A DNA stretch of 64,000 nucleotides. Origin: an uncultured Gemmatimonadota bacterium. Its GTDB lineage: Bacteria > GCA-2686955. The notes under the pieces are model-generated. The model saw only the letters and a list, made by a program, of their open reading frames with translations, was not told where the DNA came from and searched no databases. The translations under genes were made by a program, and so were the position numbers. Location of the stretch: NCBI GenBank assembly GCA_964490075.1, contig CAZBBK010000027.1, positions 1 through 64,000 on the forward strand, read 5' to 3'. This document shows, piece after piece, positions 42,977 through 53,027 of this stretch (the first letter of the stretch is position 1; every line of letters begins with the position of its first letter).

Positions 42977-43801
42977 ATGACCACCCCCGCCCTCGCGACC
43001 GCCACGATCCTGCTCGCCGCGAGCTCCGCGTTCGGCTTCGCTCCGAAGCCGGGCACCGAGAAGAGGCCGACCGCTTTGAGCGGCACCAGCTTCCAGGTCG
43101 CCACCCGGCCCGCCGATCGGTTCTGGCAGGCGTGGATCGGCGCCGAGATCGGGGCGGTGGAGCAGGTGCGATGGAACCCGCACACCAGTCTGCCCTCCAG
43201 GATCTACCCCAGCGAGCTCGAACTGGCTCCGGGCGAGCGGCTTCGCGACTGGCTGGGTTCCACGCTGCTCTCGCCCGCCGACGACTTCGAGACGCTCTCC
43301 CATCACACCGACATCCGGGGACTCGAGATCATCGCCGGAGCGATGTGGGACACCCGACTGGCTCTGGGAACCGAAGCCGCTGACGACATCTTCCACTTCG
43401 CACGCTATCTCAAGGCCAAGAAGATGGATGTCTACGCGCTCGACGTGCTGGTCACCGACGACGACGGCAATCTCGACAACGGCACGCCGAACGGATCACG
43501 CATCCACCAGGCGTTCGGGCACCACGGATTGCTCGATCCGCTCGACATCACTCTCGATGTGCCGAGCCCGCCCGATCCCGTGTCGCCGGGAGATGCGATC
43601 TTGTGGCAGGTCGAGCTGACCAACGGCGAGAGCTGGGATCAACAGGTCGACCTCTGGGTCGAGGCAGGTGTGTTCGTGGTCGACATCGACTCCGACTTGG
43701 TGCTCGCACCCGGAACGGCTACCGTCTCGGTATCGGGGACCGTCCCCGCGGGCGCTCCGCTGGGCCCGCTGTCCGCGGCCACCGACCGTCGGACTGGTTG
43801 A
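42977..43801 (+). pseudogene. Internally deleted M36/M4-like secreted metalloprotease remnant with Ig-like tail
   Basis: Signal peptide and RWNPHT propeptide-like start joined to EIIAGAMWD..DDDGNLDNGTPN..AFGHHG; no HExxH; Ig-like domain cut at PAGAPLG. Confidence 0.55.
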
Positions 43802-44184
43802 CGGTCGGCGAGAGCGAAGTTCATTTCTGCCCCTGGTTCAGCTACACCAAAGAGCCGATCGTGGTGGCGGCGGACTTCGCGCGCTTCGAGGCGCGTATCT
43901 CGCTGAGCAAGAACCGTCTCTACGCGGGTTGGATCACCGAGCAAGAGGTGAACGCGACCCATTTCGAGGTGCAGATCAGCGTGCAAGCCGAGCCGGTCGA
44001 CTTCGAGACTGTGGCAACGGTGCCGGCACGTGGCGCTGTCGCCGGGCGCCGCTACGGAAGAATCGTGCGTTTCCCGATCGGCGAGATCGAAGCCGGCGAC
44101 GTGCGCTACTGCCGAATCAAGTGCAGCGATGACCAGCACTCCTACGTATACTCGGACGTGAGAGATTTCTGGTTCGACGAGTAG
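43802..44184 (+). pseudogene. Orphan C-terminal Ig-like domain fragment
   Basis: WITEQEVNATHFEVQIS..YCRIK..YS resembles the WxTxxExxNxxFEVxRS..YYRLK..YS domain of FCB-group secreted proteins; no plausible start. Confidence 0.55.
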
Positions 44185-44324
44185 CAGGGAGGACTGCGTG
44201 GGGAACATGGAGAATCTGACGCTCGGATTGGCCCGCGCGACACTGGCCCAGGCCGGCACCATCGATAGCGCCATCGGCGCCGACGCCTGGCTGCTCCCCA
44301 CCGATCGCCCACAATAGACCTAGG

Positions 44325-44350
44325 TAAACCGGGCAGCCGCGCCGAACGTC
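44325..44350 (+). promoter_or_regulatory. Candidate ECF-sigma promoter (TAAACC-N16-CGTC)
   Basis: AAC/CGT-type ECF motif 22 nt upstream of the ECF gene; ECFs are often autoregulated. Confidence 0.5.
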
Positions 44351-44372
44351 CAAGAGGGCGGAATCGGAGACC

Positions 44373-44945
44373 ATGCCCGTGACGCAACCCAAGCCAAAAA
44401 CCGCATCCGCGCCCGTGACCGACGAGCGCTTCGGCGAATTCGTCGAGCATCATCGAGCCCGGGCCCTGCGGCTGGCGTGGCGGCTGGTGGGGGGCGACGA
44501 CGCCCTGGCCGAAGACGTTGCCCAGGAAGCCTTTATCAAGGCCTATCGGGCCCTGCCGCGTTTTCGCCGGGACGCCGAGCTCTCGACCTGGTTCTACCGC
44601 ATTCTGGTTCACCAAGCCCACAGCACGACCCGCAAGCGCGCGACACGACGCCGGCTGCTCGAGCTCTTCCGCCGCGGCGGCGGAATCGAGTCCGAAATCG
44701 CCCCGTCGTGGCCCGACCCCGGCCTCAGGCGACGCATCGCCCAGGCCCTGACCAGGCTCACGCACGCACAACGCGAGGCATTCGTCCTCGTCCACATGGA
44801 GGGGTACAGCGTGAACGAAACGGCCCGCATCGTGCAGCGGGCCCCGGGGACAGTGAAGAGCCACCTGCACCGAGCATTGACCAAGCTACGTCTGGAGCTC
44901 GCCGATCTGGCCCCCGCCTCCGCATCGAAGGGAGCGCGACTATGA
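44373..44945 (+). CDS. ECF RNA polymerase sigma-70 factor
   Basis: AEDVAQEAFIKAY, STWFYRI, QREAFVL, GTVKSHLHRA. Confidence 0.93.
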   Translation: MPVTQPKPKTASAPVTDERFGEFVEHHRARALRLAWRLVGGDDALAEDVAQEAFIKAYRALPRFRRDAELSTWFYRILVHQAHSTTRKRATRRRLLELFRRGGGIESEIAPSWPDPGLRRRIAQALTRLTHAQREAFVLVHMEGYSVNETARIVQRAPGTVKSHLHRALTKLRLELADLAPASASKGARL

Positions 44946-45349
44946 GCATCCATACCCCCTCACCCCAATCCGACGACGATTTCGCCGCGCTGCTGCGCGA
45001 GAGCTACCGGCCCGCCGCCGCCGACTCCGAGGCCTTCGACCGGCGGCTGCGGCAGCGCATCGTACGTTCCGAGCGTCGCCGAAGAGCTACCGCGATCAGC
45101 GCCTGCGTGCTGGGCGCCGGAGCGCTGATCACTGCGGCCTCGCTCCTTCGCGGCGATCTCGAGCGGCCGATGCTGGCCGGCCCCGCGCCGCTCGAAGAGA
45201 CGGCTCCGGCAGCCGCCGACAGCGTCGCCATCGATGAAGCAACAGCGTTTCTGCTGGCTCTCGATACATTCGAAGAGCCGGAGCAGTTGACCACATATCT
45301 GGGGGATGAGTACGCGGTGTTGGACGCGGTGCTCTTTGGGACCCTGTGA
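44942..45349 (+). CDS. Putative single-pass membrane anti-sigma factor
   Basis: ATGA overlap with the ECF gene; RRRR followed by one TM helix. Confidence 0.7.
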   Translation: MSIHTPSPQSDDDFAALLRESYRPAAADSEAFDRRLRQRIVRSERRRRATAISACVLGAGALITAASLLRGDLERPMLAGPAPLEETAPAAADSVAIDEATAFLLALDTFEEPEQLTTYLGDEYAVLDAVLFGTL

Positions 45350-45371
45350 CACGCAATACTTGGAGATCGCC

Positions 45372-45929
45372 ATGACATCCCGTGCACTGATCATCGCATC
45401 GACCCTGCTGGCTACCAGCGCCGGCGCTCAGGACTTCGGACAGAATCGGCTCTGCCAGGGCATGGGTCCCCCGCCCTCCACCGAGTGGGGACCCCCCGGA
45501 CCTCCGGGCGGGCGCGGACCGCAGGGCCCGCCGCCGGTGGTCGAGCCGCCCTTCTTGCTCGATCGTCTCGACCTCGATCCCCGGACGCGGGAGCAGATGG
45601 AGCGAATCCGTGCGGAAGCCGACGAGACCACGGAGTCGATCCAGGCTCGGGTCGCCGAGGAGCTGGACCGGCTGCAAGAGCTGATGGAGGAGGAGCCTTT
45701 CGACCGCGACGCGATCCTGGCACAGGCCGCGATCGTCGAGGATCTGCGCAAGGAGAGTCACCTTTTGCGGCTCGATGCCGTGCTGCGGGTGCGGGCCCTG
45801 CTGACGCCGGAGCAGCGCGAAGAGCTGCGCAAGATGCACCGGGAGCTGGCACCGCGCGGCCCCCGCCCGGGCGGTCCGCCACGGCGCGGCCCCGGGCCCC
45901 ACGGAGGACCGCCGCCGCGCGGGACCTGA
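45372..45929 (+). CDS. Spy/CpxP/periplasmic heavy-metal sensor family protein
   Basis: Signal peptide, helical body, LLTPEQR motif, G/P-rich ends. Confidence 0.85.
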   Translation: MTSRALIIASTLLATSAGAQDFGQNRLCQGMGPPPSTEWGPPGPPGGRGPQGPPPVVEPPFLLDRLDLDPRTREQMERIRAEADETTESIQARVAEELDRLQELMEEEPFDRDAILAQAAIVEDLRKESHLLRLDAVLRVRALLTPEQREELRKMHRELAPRGPRPGGPPRRGPGPHGGPPPRGT

Positions 45930-45935
45930 CGTAGA

Positions 45936-47396
45936 TCAGTAGCGCGACGGCCGCAGCGCGTCCTTGGCCAGATGCCAGGCGCCCGAGGCGAGCACGCCGA
46001 CCTCCCTCGGGCCGTCGAGCGACGCCAGGCGACGCGCCGCGTAGCGCGGGTTTCCGTAGGCGCTCAGGTAGGACTGGCGCACCCAGCGCCGCACCTGAGC
46101 CCGCGGCTGCCCGCCGAAGGCGATGTCACGGAAGGGGCCGTCGTCCTCGTCGAGGTAGAAGCGCTCAATGGCGCCCGCCTCGATCCGCCCTTCGCGCATC
46201 GCCTGGTGGGCCAGCGCCGAGTCGGGGTCGGGCAGAAGCTCGCCGAAGAGCACGAAGTCGGCGCCGGAAGAGCGCGCCAGGTCGCGAGTCTTGCGCACCG
46301 TCTGGTCGGTGTCGCCGGGGCAGCCGACCATGAAGTAGGCGATGGTGCGCATCCCGGCCGCCCGGGTCGCGGCGATCGCCGCCCGCGAGCGCTCCAGGTC
46401 GAGCCCCTTGCCGAGCAGCTCGAGCACGCCGGAGTCGCCCGATTCGAGACCGTAGGAAACCATGGTGCATCCGGCCGCCGCCATCTGCGCCAGGAGCGCC
46501 GGATCGACGCTGTCGGCGCGGGTCTTGCACGTCCATGAGAGGCGACCATCGGCGGCCCGGCCGATCGCCTCGCAGAGCAAGAGCGCCCGCTCGCGGTCGG
46601 CGCTGAAGGTGGGATCGACCAAGTGCAGCTCGCGCACGTCGTGCTGCTCGACCAGCCAGCGCACCTCTTCCGCGACGTGGTCCGCCGAGCGCGCACGCGA
46701 CACTCTGGGCAGAGTGCAAAAAGAGCAGCGGCTCTCGCAGCCGCGCGCGGTCTCGAGCAACGCCACCGGCCGCCGGCCACCGAAAGGCGGATGCATGCGA
46801 TAGCGCCCCATCGGCAAGAGATCGAGCGCCGGCGGCGGGTTGTGGTCGAGGTGGCGCCAGGAGGCGCGACGGTTGCGCAGCGGCCCTTGCTCTCCGCGCC
46901 GCACCAACCCCGGGACCGCGTCGAGGTCGCCCTCGCTCTTCAGCGCCGCGACCAGGGCCGGCAACCCCTCCTCCCCCTCACCTTGGATCAGGTAGTCGAC
47001 CGCGGGGAAACGACGCAGCAGCCCAGCTGCCGAGGCGACCCCGATCGGCCCTCCGAGCACGACCCGGGCATCGGGCCAGAGCGCCCGCGAGGCCCGCGAG
47101 ACCTCCTCCACGCCGGGAGCAGAGAAGAGGGTAGCGCCGATGGCCACCAGGTCGGGGGGCGGCCGATCGGCCAGCGCACGCGCCAGATCGGCGCCGCTCA
47201 GTCGCAGCGCCACCGGATCGAGCAACCACACCCGGTGCCCGGCCCCACGCAGCAGCTCTGCCAGCAGCGCCAGCCCCAAGGGCGGCAAGGGGTAGATGCC
47301 GGAGATGTTGAAGCGGATGCGGCGCGCCGGTGCGGCCACCAGAGCGACGGTCAGGGGGCCGCGCCCGGGGCGACCATTGGCGGAGGACGAGGGCAT
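45936..47396 (-). CDS. Cobalamin-binding-domain radical SAM enzyme
   Basis: PPLGL, GEGE, ARGCESRCSFC, GLESG, GCPGDT. Confidence 0.9.
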   Translation of the reverse strand: MPSSSANGRPGRGPLTVALVAAPARRIRFNISGIYPLPPLGLALLAELLRGAGHRVWLLDPVALRLSGADLARALADRPPPDLVAIGATLFSAPGVEEVSRASRALWPDARVVLGGPIGVASAAGLLRRFPAVDYLIQGEGEEGLPALVAALKSEGDLDAVPGLVRRGEQGPLRNRRASWRHLDHNPPPALDLLPMGRYRMHPPFGGRRPVALLETARGCESRCSFCTLPRVSRARSADHVAEEVRWLVEQHDVRELHLVDPTFSADRERALLLCEAIGRAADGRLSWTCKTRADSVDPALLAQMAAAGCTMVSYGLESGDSGVLELLGKGLDLERSRAAIAATRAAGMRTIAYFMVGCPGDTDQTVRKTRDLARSSGADFVLFGELLPDPDSALAHQAMREGRIEAGAIERFYLDEDDGPFRDIAFGGQPRAQVRRWVRQSYLSAYGNPRYAARRLASLDGPREVGVLASGAWHLAKDALRPSRY

Positions 47397-47402
47397 GGGA
47401 GA

Positions 47403-47408
47403 AGTATA
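47403..47408 (-). promoter_or_regulatory. -10 box TATACT 6 nt before ATG (leaderless)
   Basis: TATACT-TCTCCC-ATG on the minus strand. Confidence 0.55.
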
Positions 47409-47422
47409 GGCGCTCCCGCGGG

Positions 47423-48780
47423 TCAGCCAGAATCGGCCAGTGTATAGATGCGCAGGCCCAGGTCGGAAATCGTCACGTAGATATAGCCCTCGGAGTCGGC
47501 GAAGATGTCGCTGATGCCCGCCACGATCTCCGGCCCCAGCAGGATCTCGGGCGCCGCGGGGTCGGAGGCATCCAGGATCCAGAGGCGGTCGTCTCCCACG
47601 CCGTAGACGAAATCGTCCTCCACGTGGAGGCGGTCCATCTGCCCGCCGTCGAGATCGAGCTCTGCTTCGAGCTCGAAGCCGCCCAGGTGGTCTATGCGTA
47701 TTGCGCGGTAGCCGGCAATGCCCCAGTGGCCCGTTGCCTGATGCAGGATGTCGCCATCAGCGACCATTTCGGTGACCCGGGCTCCCCACCATTGAGAGAG
47801 GAGCTCCCGATCAAAGGGGTAAGTCACATCGATGCTCCAGAGATGGAAGGGCGTATTTTCGCAGTAGATCAGCTCTCCCTCCCCCTCCGGATCGACCGTC
47901 ACCGCCGACCAGTAGGTGCCGCTGGATCCCTGGTCCACGCCGCCGATGACGCGCGGCTCATCGATCTCCCGAATATCGTAGATCGAAACAGACCCATGGG
48001 TGGCCTCGTCGCCCCTACGACGCGAGAGATAGAGCCGATCTTCCGACGTGTCGAGCCCGGTCACGATCGTCGAGCTCGGCCCTCCGTCAGCCACCAGCAC
48101 CGGATCGGGACCGGCACCCACGTCGAGAATGCGGAAATCCAGCGCATCCTCCGGACTCCCCACTGCAATGACGTGGTCGCCGTACAGCACCAGGTCGTGC
48201 AGATAGACATCGGTTGAGAGAGGATCGTAGGCACCGATCTCCAGCGGCTGGGAACGATCGCCCACATCGACCACCCGCAGTCCGCCCGAGCCGCAGGCGA
48301 CGTAGGCACGGCCTTCGTCGACGACCAGGGCGCTGGCGGAACCCTCCAGCGGCAGCTCTGCGATCGGCACCAGCACCATCGCATGCCGCGCGTTGATCGG
48401 GTTTCCGGCGCGACCCCGCCGGCAGCGGTCACGGCCCTCACGTGGTCGCCATCGATCTCGACACCGACGACCTCGGCTCCGAGGTGGCGACGCCATAGCA
48501 GGGTCGGCTCCGACACATCCCAACGGTACAGCGAGACCCCTTCGCTGGCCTCCGCGATCGCCAGCAGATCCCCCTGCAAGTCGACCGCAACCGAGGCGTC
48601 CTTGGTCGGGATGGTGACGAATCCCGCGCCGAGATCCGGGTCGAAGCAATGGGTGCCCGCCCAGTCTGCGGCAACCACGAGGCGCGCCGCATCGATGTCG
48701 TGACCGTGCACGATGCCGTCTACCGGAGGCATGGACAATCCCTGGAGCATTGCCTGGAGGATCGCGAGTGCCGGTGTCAT
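47423..48780 (-). pseudogene. LVIVD-repeat protein, frameshifted near 48400
   Basis: AYVA..GLRVVDV, ILDASDP repeats; ORFs 48061-48780 and 47423-48856 switch frame near 48400; ATGA overlap with the upstream beta-helix gene. Confidence 0.75.
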
Positions 48781-51352
48781 CTGTTGCTCCTTTCGCGGTC
48801 CAACCAGCTACGGTTGCCGGGTCCGCCGTAGGCGCCCATGTCGGAGCGAGCCCCATCGGGAATCGCCCCCGGCCACCAGGGGTGCCAGTCGTAGAGATCG
48901 TCTTCCAGAGCCGGATCGCCCGAGTCGATGGCCGGCGACCCCGGCCCCGGCAAGAGCGACAGCCCGGCGCGGGCGAAGAAGCGCGGGTTGGCGGCGAGGT
49001 TTCCGGTGCCCGGCCAGCCGCCTTCGACGATCGAGTAGCTGATGGTCAGCGGCTCGCCGTCGGGACCGATCTCCGGTCCGTGATTGCCCCAAACAACCGT
49101 GTTGTTGATCTGCGCGCGGGACCACAGCCACCTGAGGAAGAGGCCGGCGCCCTCGTAAGCTCTGTTGTCCGCGAGCGTCGCGTTCTCGACTCGGTTCCAG
49201 CTATAGAGAAAGAGCCCCCCGCCGTTCTCAGCGGTGTTGCCGGCGATGCGGCACCCGACGACCTCGCTGTCGGTCAGATGCGCCCCTCCTCCCCCACTCG
49301 CCTGGTTGTCCTCGATCACGCAGTAGTCGAGCCACGCATTGCTGGCGATCAGCCCGCCGCCCGAGCCGAGCGTGGTGTTGTTCCGGAAGTCGCAGCGCTC
49401 GAAGAGCACTGCCGTGCCAAACGCGCCGCCGCCGCTCTCCTGCGCCGAGTTGCCGCGGAAGACACAGGATTGCACCCGAACGACGGGTGGCTCGGCAACT
49501 TCTCCGGCGAGCCAGCATCCGCCACCTTTCTCCGCCGCGATGTTGTCCGTGAAGCGACAGTTGATGATCGCCAGGCTCTCATCCTCGGCCACCGTGCCGC
49601 GCACCAGCACGCCGCCCCCCGAAGTCAGGCTCTCGTTGCCAACGATCTGGCACCATTCGATTCGCGGCCGTGCCCCGCGCTGCACCTCAACTCCGCCTCC
49701 GTACCAACCCAGGCCGCCGGTGAGGGTCAGGCCGGAGATGGTCGATTGCAGGCCGCTGTCGAACACCTCCAGAACCGGAGAGGAGCGCTCGGCGTCGATC
49801 ACCGTGGCGGCGACCGTCGCGGAGTCGCGCGGAGCGGTGCCGGTCAGAAAGACTTGCGGTTCGTCCAGACGGAGGCCGGCCTCGCGGTAGGTGCCGGGCG
49901 CGACCAGGACGGTATCCAGATCGCAGGCCACGGCGATCGCCTCCGCGATCGTGGCGTAGTCGCCCGGAACGCGAATCGTGTAGTCCTGCGCCGGGGTGTC
50001 GCAGCCGATCCCCTGGCTTCCCATGTCGCTTCCCCCCTCGCCGGTGCCCAGGCAAGGAGAGGAGGCCGCGAGCGAGACATCGTTGGGTTCTACGCATGTA
50101 GCATCACAGAATCTCGGATTGACCCGATATTGCCTTCACCGGGCCATCCACCGGCGATGTCACTGTGGTGGACGGTCACCGTAAAGAGGTAGCCCGCGGA
50201 TGCGAATCGGGGACCGTTGGCCCAGGCGATGCAGCTGGACAGGGTGGCGCTGCTATACGATCCCGACAACACGTCACCGCGATAGTCGGCGCGGTTGCCA
50301 GCGAGGCTGCAATGGTCCATCGAGATCCATCCGCCATTGTCGAACTCCCCGACAGAGGCGACGCCTCCCTCGGAAGCAGCATGGTTGGCGAGCAGCGTAC
50401 AGCGGGTCAACGTGACCGCCGCCAAGCAGAGCAGGGCTCCACCATCGTCCTCGGCGCGATTGCCGACCAGGCGGCTGTCGTCGATCACCGGGTTCCCGTC
50501 GTTGAAGTGGAACCCGCCCCCATCCTCCGCCGTGCACCCCACGATCTCGCAGTCGATGATCTCCGGTGAGGAATCGTAGCCGGCCCCCGCCCCTCCTTTC
50601 AGGGCCTGGTTGCCACGCAAGGAGCAGGCGAGCACCGACCCGGCGCTCTCGTAGGTCCACGCGATGCCGCCGCCCAGGCCGTCGGCGCGGTTGGAATCGA
50701 CCACGCAGCTCACCAGCTCGGGATCGGAGAGCCAGAACGAGGCGACTCCTCCCCCGGCAAAGGCCTCGTTGTCGTTGATCGCACAGCGGCGGATCGCGGG
50801 CGCCGACCAGTCGCAATGGATCCCGCCGCCCTCGTGGTCGGCGCTGTTACTCTCGATGCGGCAGTCCTCGATCAGCGGCGCCGCCAGGTAACACCGGATG
50901 CCGCCTCCGTGGGTGGCGGAGCGGTTGTCGCGAACGAAACAGCGGCGAATGCGCGGCAAGGAGTCGGGGCGGCAGGTGATGCCGCCGCCGCGCGCGGTGT
51001 AGAGCGCCGCGTGGCCACCGGTAATCGTGAGCCCGTCGAGAACGCTTGTGCTGTCCTCGAGCGCGTGGAAGTAGAACACGCTGCCCTCGCCCCCGGCATA
51101 AACCACGGTGGCGGCCACCACCGCGGAATCGCCCGGATCGGTGCCGGCGACGGCGATGGCGCGGCCCCCGAAGTCGATCTCGCGCTCGAAGTAAGTCCCC
51201 GGCTGCACCAGGACCGTGTCGCCGTCGGCGGAGGCGTCGATGGCGGCCTGGATCCGGTCATGGTCCCCCGGAACGTGGATCGTCTCCGCGACGCCCCTGC
51301 CCGGGACGACGATCATCAGCGTGGCGATGGCAGCGGCGGCCCCGAACCTCAT
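48777..51352 (-). pseudogene. Two-module beta-helix secreted protein (~858 aa) with a 1-nt frameshift at 50123-50125
   Basis: One added G restores GNIGVNPRFCDATC..LAASSPCLGTGEGGSDMG, matching GNIDADPRFCDGAC..LAADSPCAGTGFGGGDMG of 340-3147; AGGAG RBS. Confidence 0.85.
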
Positions 51353-51416
51353 CGCGATCTCCTTTCGCCGGTAGCGCTCGCGCCTGATGGTGCAAGGGTA
51401 ACTCGCCGGGCAGCAT

Positions 51417-51434
51417 CTGTACCGACCGGTACAG
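51417..51434. promoter_or_regulatory. Palindromic operator candidate CTGTACCG-AC-CGGTACAG
   Basis: Perfect 8-bp arms between divergent starts at 51352 and 51570. Confidence 0.5.
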
Positions 51435-51569
51435 CGATCGCCCCCCAGCGAACACCATCCCCCCCGGCGCCGCCGCCGCAACTCCCGCGGCCCGGCCAAG
51501 GGCGCCCAGGAACAGTACTTGCACGGCTATCTCTGTTGGCCCGATTCCACCCCTGCCTCGGAGAACCCG

Positions 51570-53018
51570 ATGAGACACCCGGCCTCGCACTCTGTGCCCC
51601 TCGCCTTCGTCGCCCTCCTCTCGTCCGCGCCCGCGCCCGCCCCGGCCAGCGAGCTGATCGACCTGCGCCTGCCCTCGCAGGCGACCGGCGGCGGTACCTT
51701 GGCGCTGCGGGTCTACACACCCGATCCCGGCGCCGAACGCTATCCCTCCGGCGCCCCGGTGCTGGTCAGCGTGCCGGGCGGCTGGGATAGCGGCAATCTG
51801 CGCGGCCTGGACGCGGTGCTGGAGCACGGTGTCGCGGTGGTGGCTTTCCTCTTCCCCGGCGGCTCCTGGAACGGCATCGAGTCGGACGGCGTCTACGACA
51901 CTCGCGGGCCCCTGTGCAACCAGGCGCTCGCCGAAGTGATCTCCTTCGCGCTGGGGACCAAGACCGAGTCCGGCGGCCAGACCATCGACGAGGTGGTCTC
52001 GGCCGAGTTCGACCTGAACGTGGTCGGCATCGGCGCATCGAGCAACGGCGGTCCGGTCACCGCCGCCGCGCTCGGCCGCTATGGAGATCAGCTCGACGGA
52101 CTCGGCTTTTTCGCCGGCTGGGAGAACCCGACCTCGGCGCAGGTGCTGGGGATGGACTTCGGTCCCCACGACTGCGACCCGCGCGACGGCGACGGCAACG
52201 GCAACGATGCCGACGACCACCGCACCGACGCCTATGTCGCCTACGGCTTCCCGACCTGCGAGTTCGATCTCGAGGGCCTGACCTGGGATCCGGACGTGAT
52301 CTGGCAGGACGGACGCCATGTGCGGCAGGGCGCGCTCTACCTGGAGCGTGGCGCCAACGGCTCCTACGACGTGGTCGACCGCTTCGGCTGCATCTCCGGC
52401 GATCTCGACGACTCCGGCGTGCTGGAGCCGGACGAGGACCAGGCCATCCCCGCCCTCTTCCACGACGACCAGGGCCAGCCCCAACCCTTGCGTTACTACT
52501 CCCCCACAGTGCTGCGCGCCGCCCTCGCCCAGGGCAGCTTCGACGCCACCGGCTGGCCGCCCTTCGTCGCCACCCTCGGCGAGGCGACCGGCTTCTGGTT
52601 CCACCGCGACGCCACCCAGCACTACGCCGCCATGGCCGCCAAACTGCCCGCGCTGGGGGGCATCCTGGTCTTCTCGGAGCAGGACCACGTGCAGATCACC
52701 CCCGACCGGGTGCATATCCACCACACCTACGACGGTTTCCGCGACGGCGGCCTGTGGTGTCGCCTGAACCCCGACGCGAACTATGTCGCCATCACCGCCC
52801 CCGGCGTACCCTTCGGCGATCTGCCCGACACCCCCGCCAACGCCGAGGTCGCCGACTGGACCGTCGGCGCCGGCTTCGCGCTGCCCGAGCACGCCGCGCT
52901 GAGCTCATCGGCGGCGCTGGCCGCGGCGGTGCTGGAGCTGGCCGACCGCACCCACCGCGGCGACTGGTCGGACGACCTGGGACGCGGCCGGCACGCGGTG
53001 GTGGGGCGGCGGCGCTAG
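51570..53018 (+). CDS. Secreted protein, probable alpha/beta-hydrolase fold
   Basis: Signal peptide, VSVPGG, GASSNGG nucleophile-elbow-like, late DH; Asp-rich loops DGDGNG and DLDDSG. Confidence 0.6.
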   Translation: MRHPASHSVPLAFVALLSSAPAPAPASELIDLRLPSQATGGGTLALRVYTPDPGAERYPSGAPVLVSVPGGWDSGNLRGLDAVLEHGVAVVAFLFPGGSWNGIESDGVYDTRGPLCNQALAEVISFALGTKTESGGQTIDEVVSAEFDLNVVGIGASSNGGPVTAAALGRYGDQLDGLGFFAGWENPTSAQVLGMDFGPHDCDPRDGDGNGNDADDHRTDAYVAYGFPTCEFDLEGLTWDPDVIWQDGRHVRQGALYLERGANGSYDVVDRFGCISGDLDDSGVLEPDEDQAIPALFHDDQGQPQPLRYYSPTVLRAALAQGSFDATGWPPFVATLGEATGFWFHRDATQHYAAMAAKLPALGGILVFSEQDHVQITPDRVHIHHTYDGFRDGGLWCRLNPDANYVAITAPGVPFGDLPDTPANAEVADWTVGAGFALPEHAALSSSAALAAAVLELADRTHRGDWSDDLGRGRHAVVGRRR

Positions 53019-53027
53019 CGGCGCGTC

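Noticed and set aside
51417-51434. LexA SOS box
   Set aside because: Spacing is CTGT-N10-ACAG rather than N8, and the flanking genes are not SOS-type.
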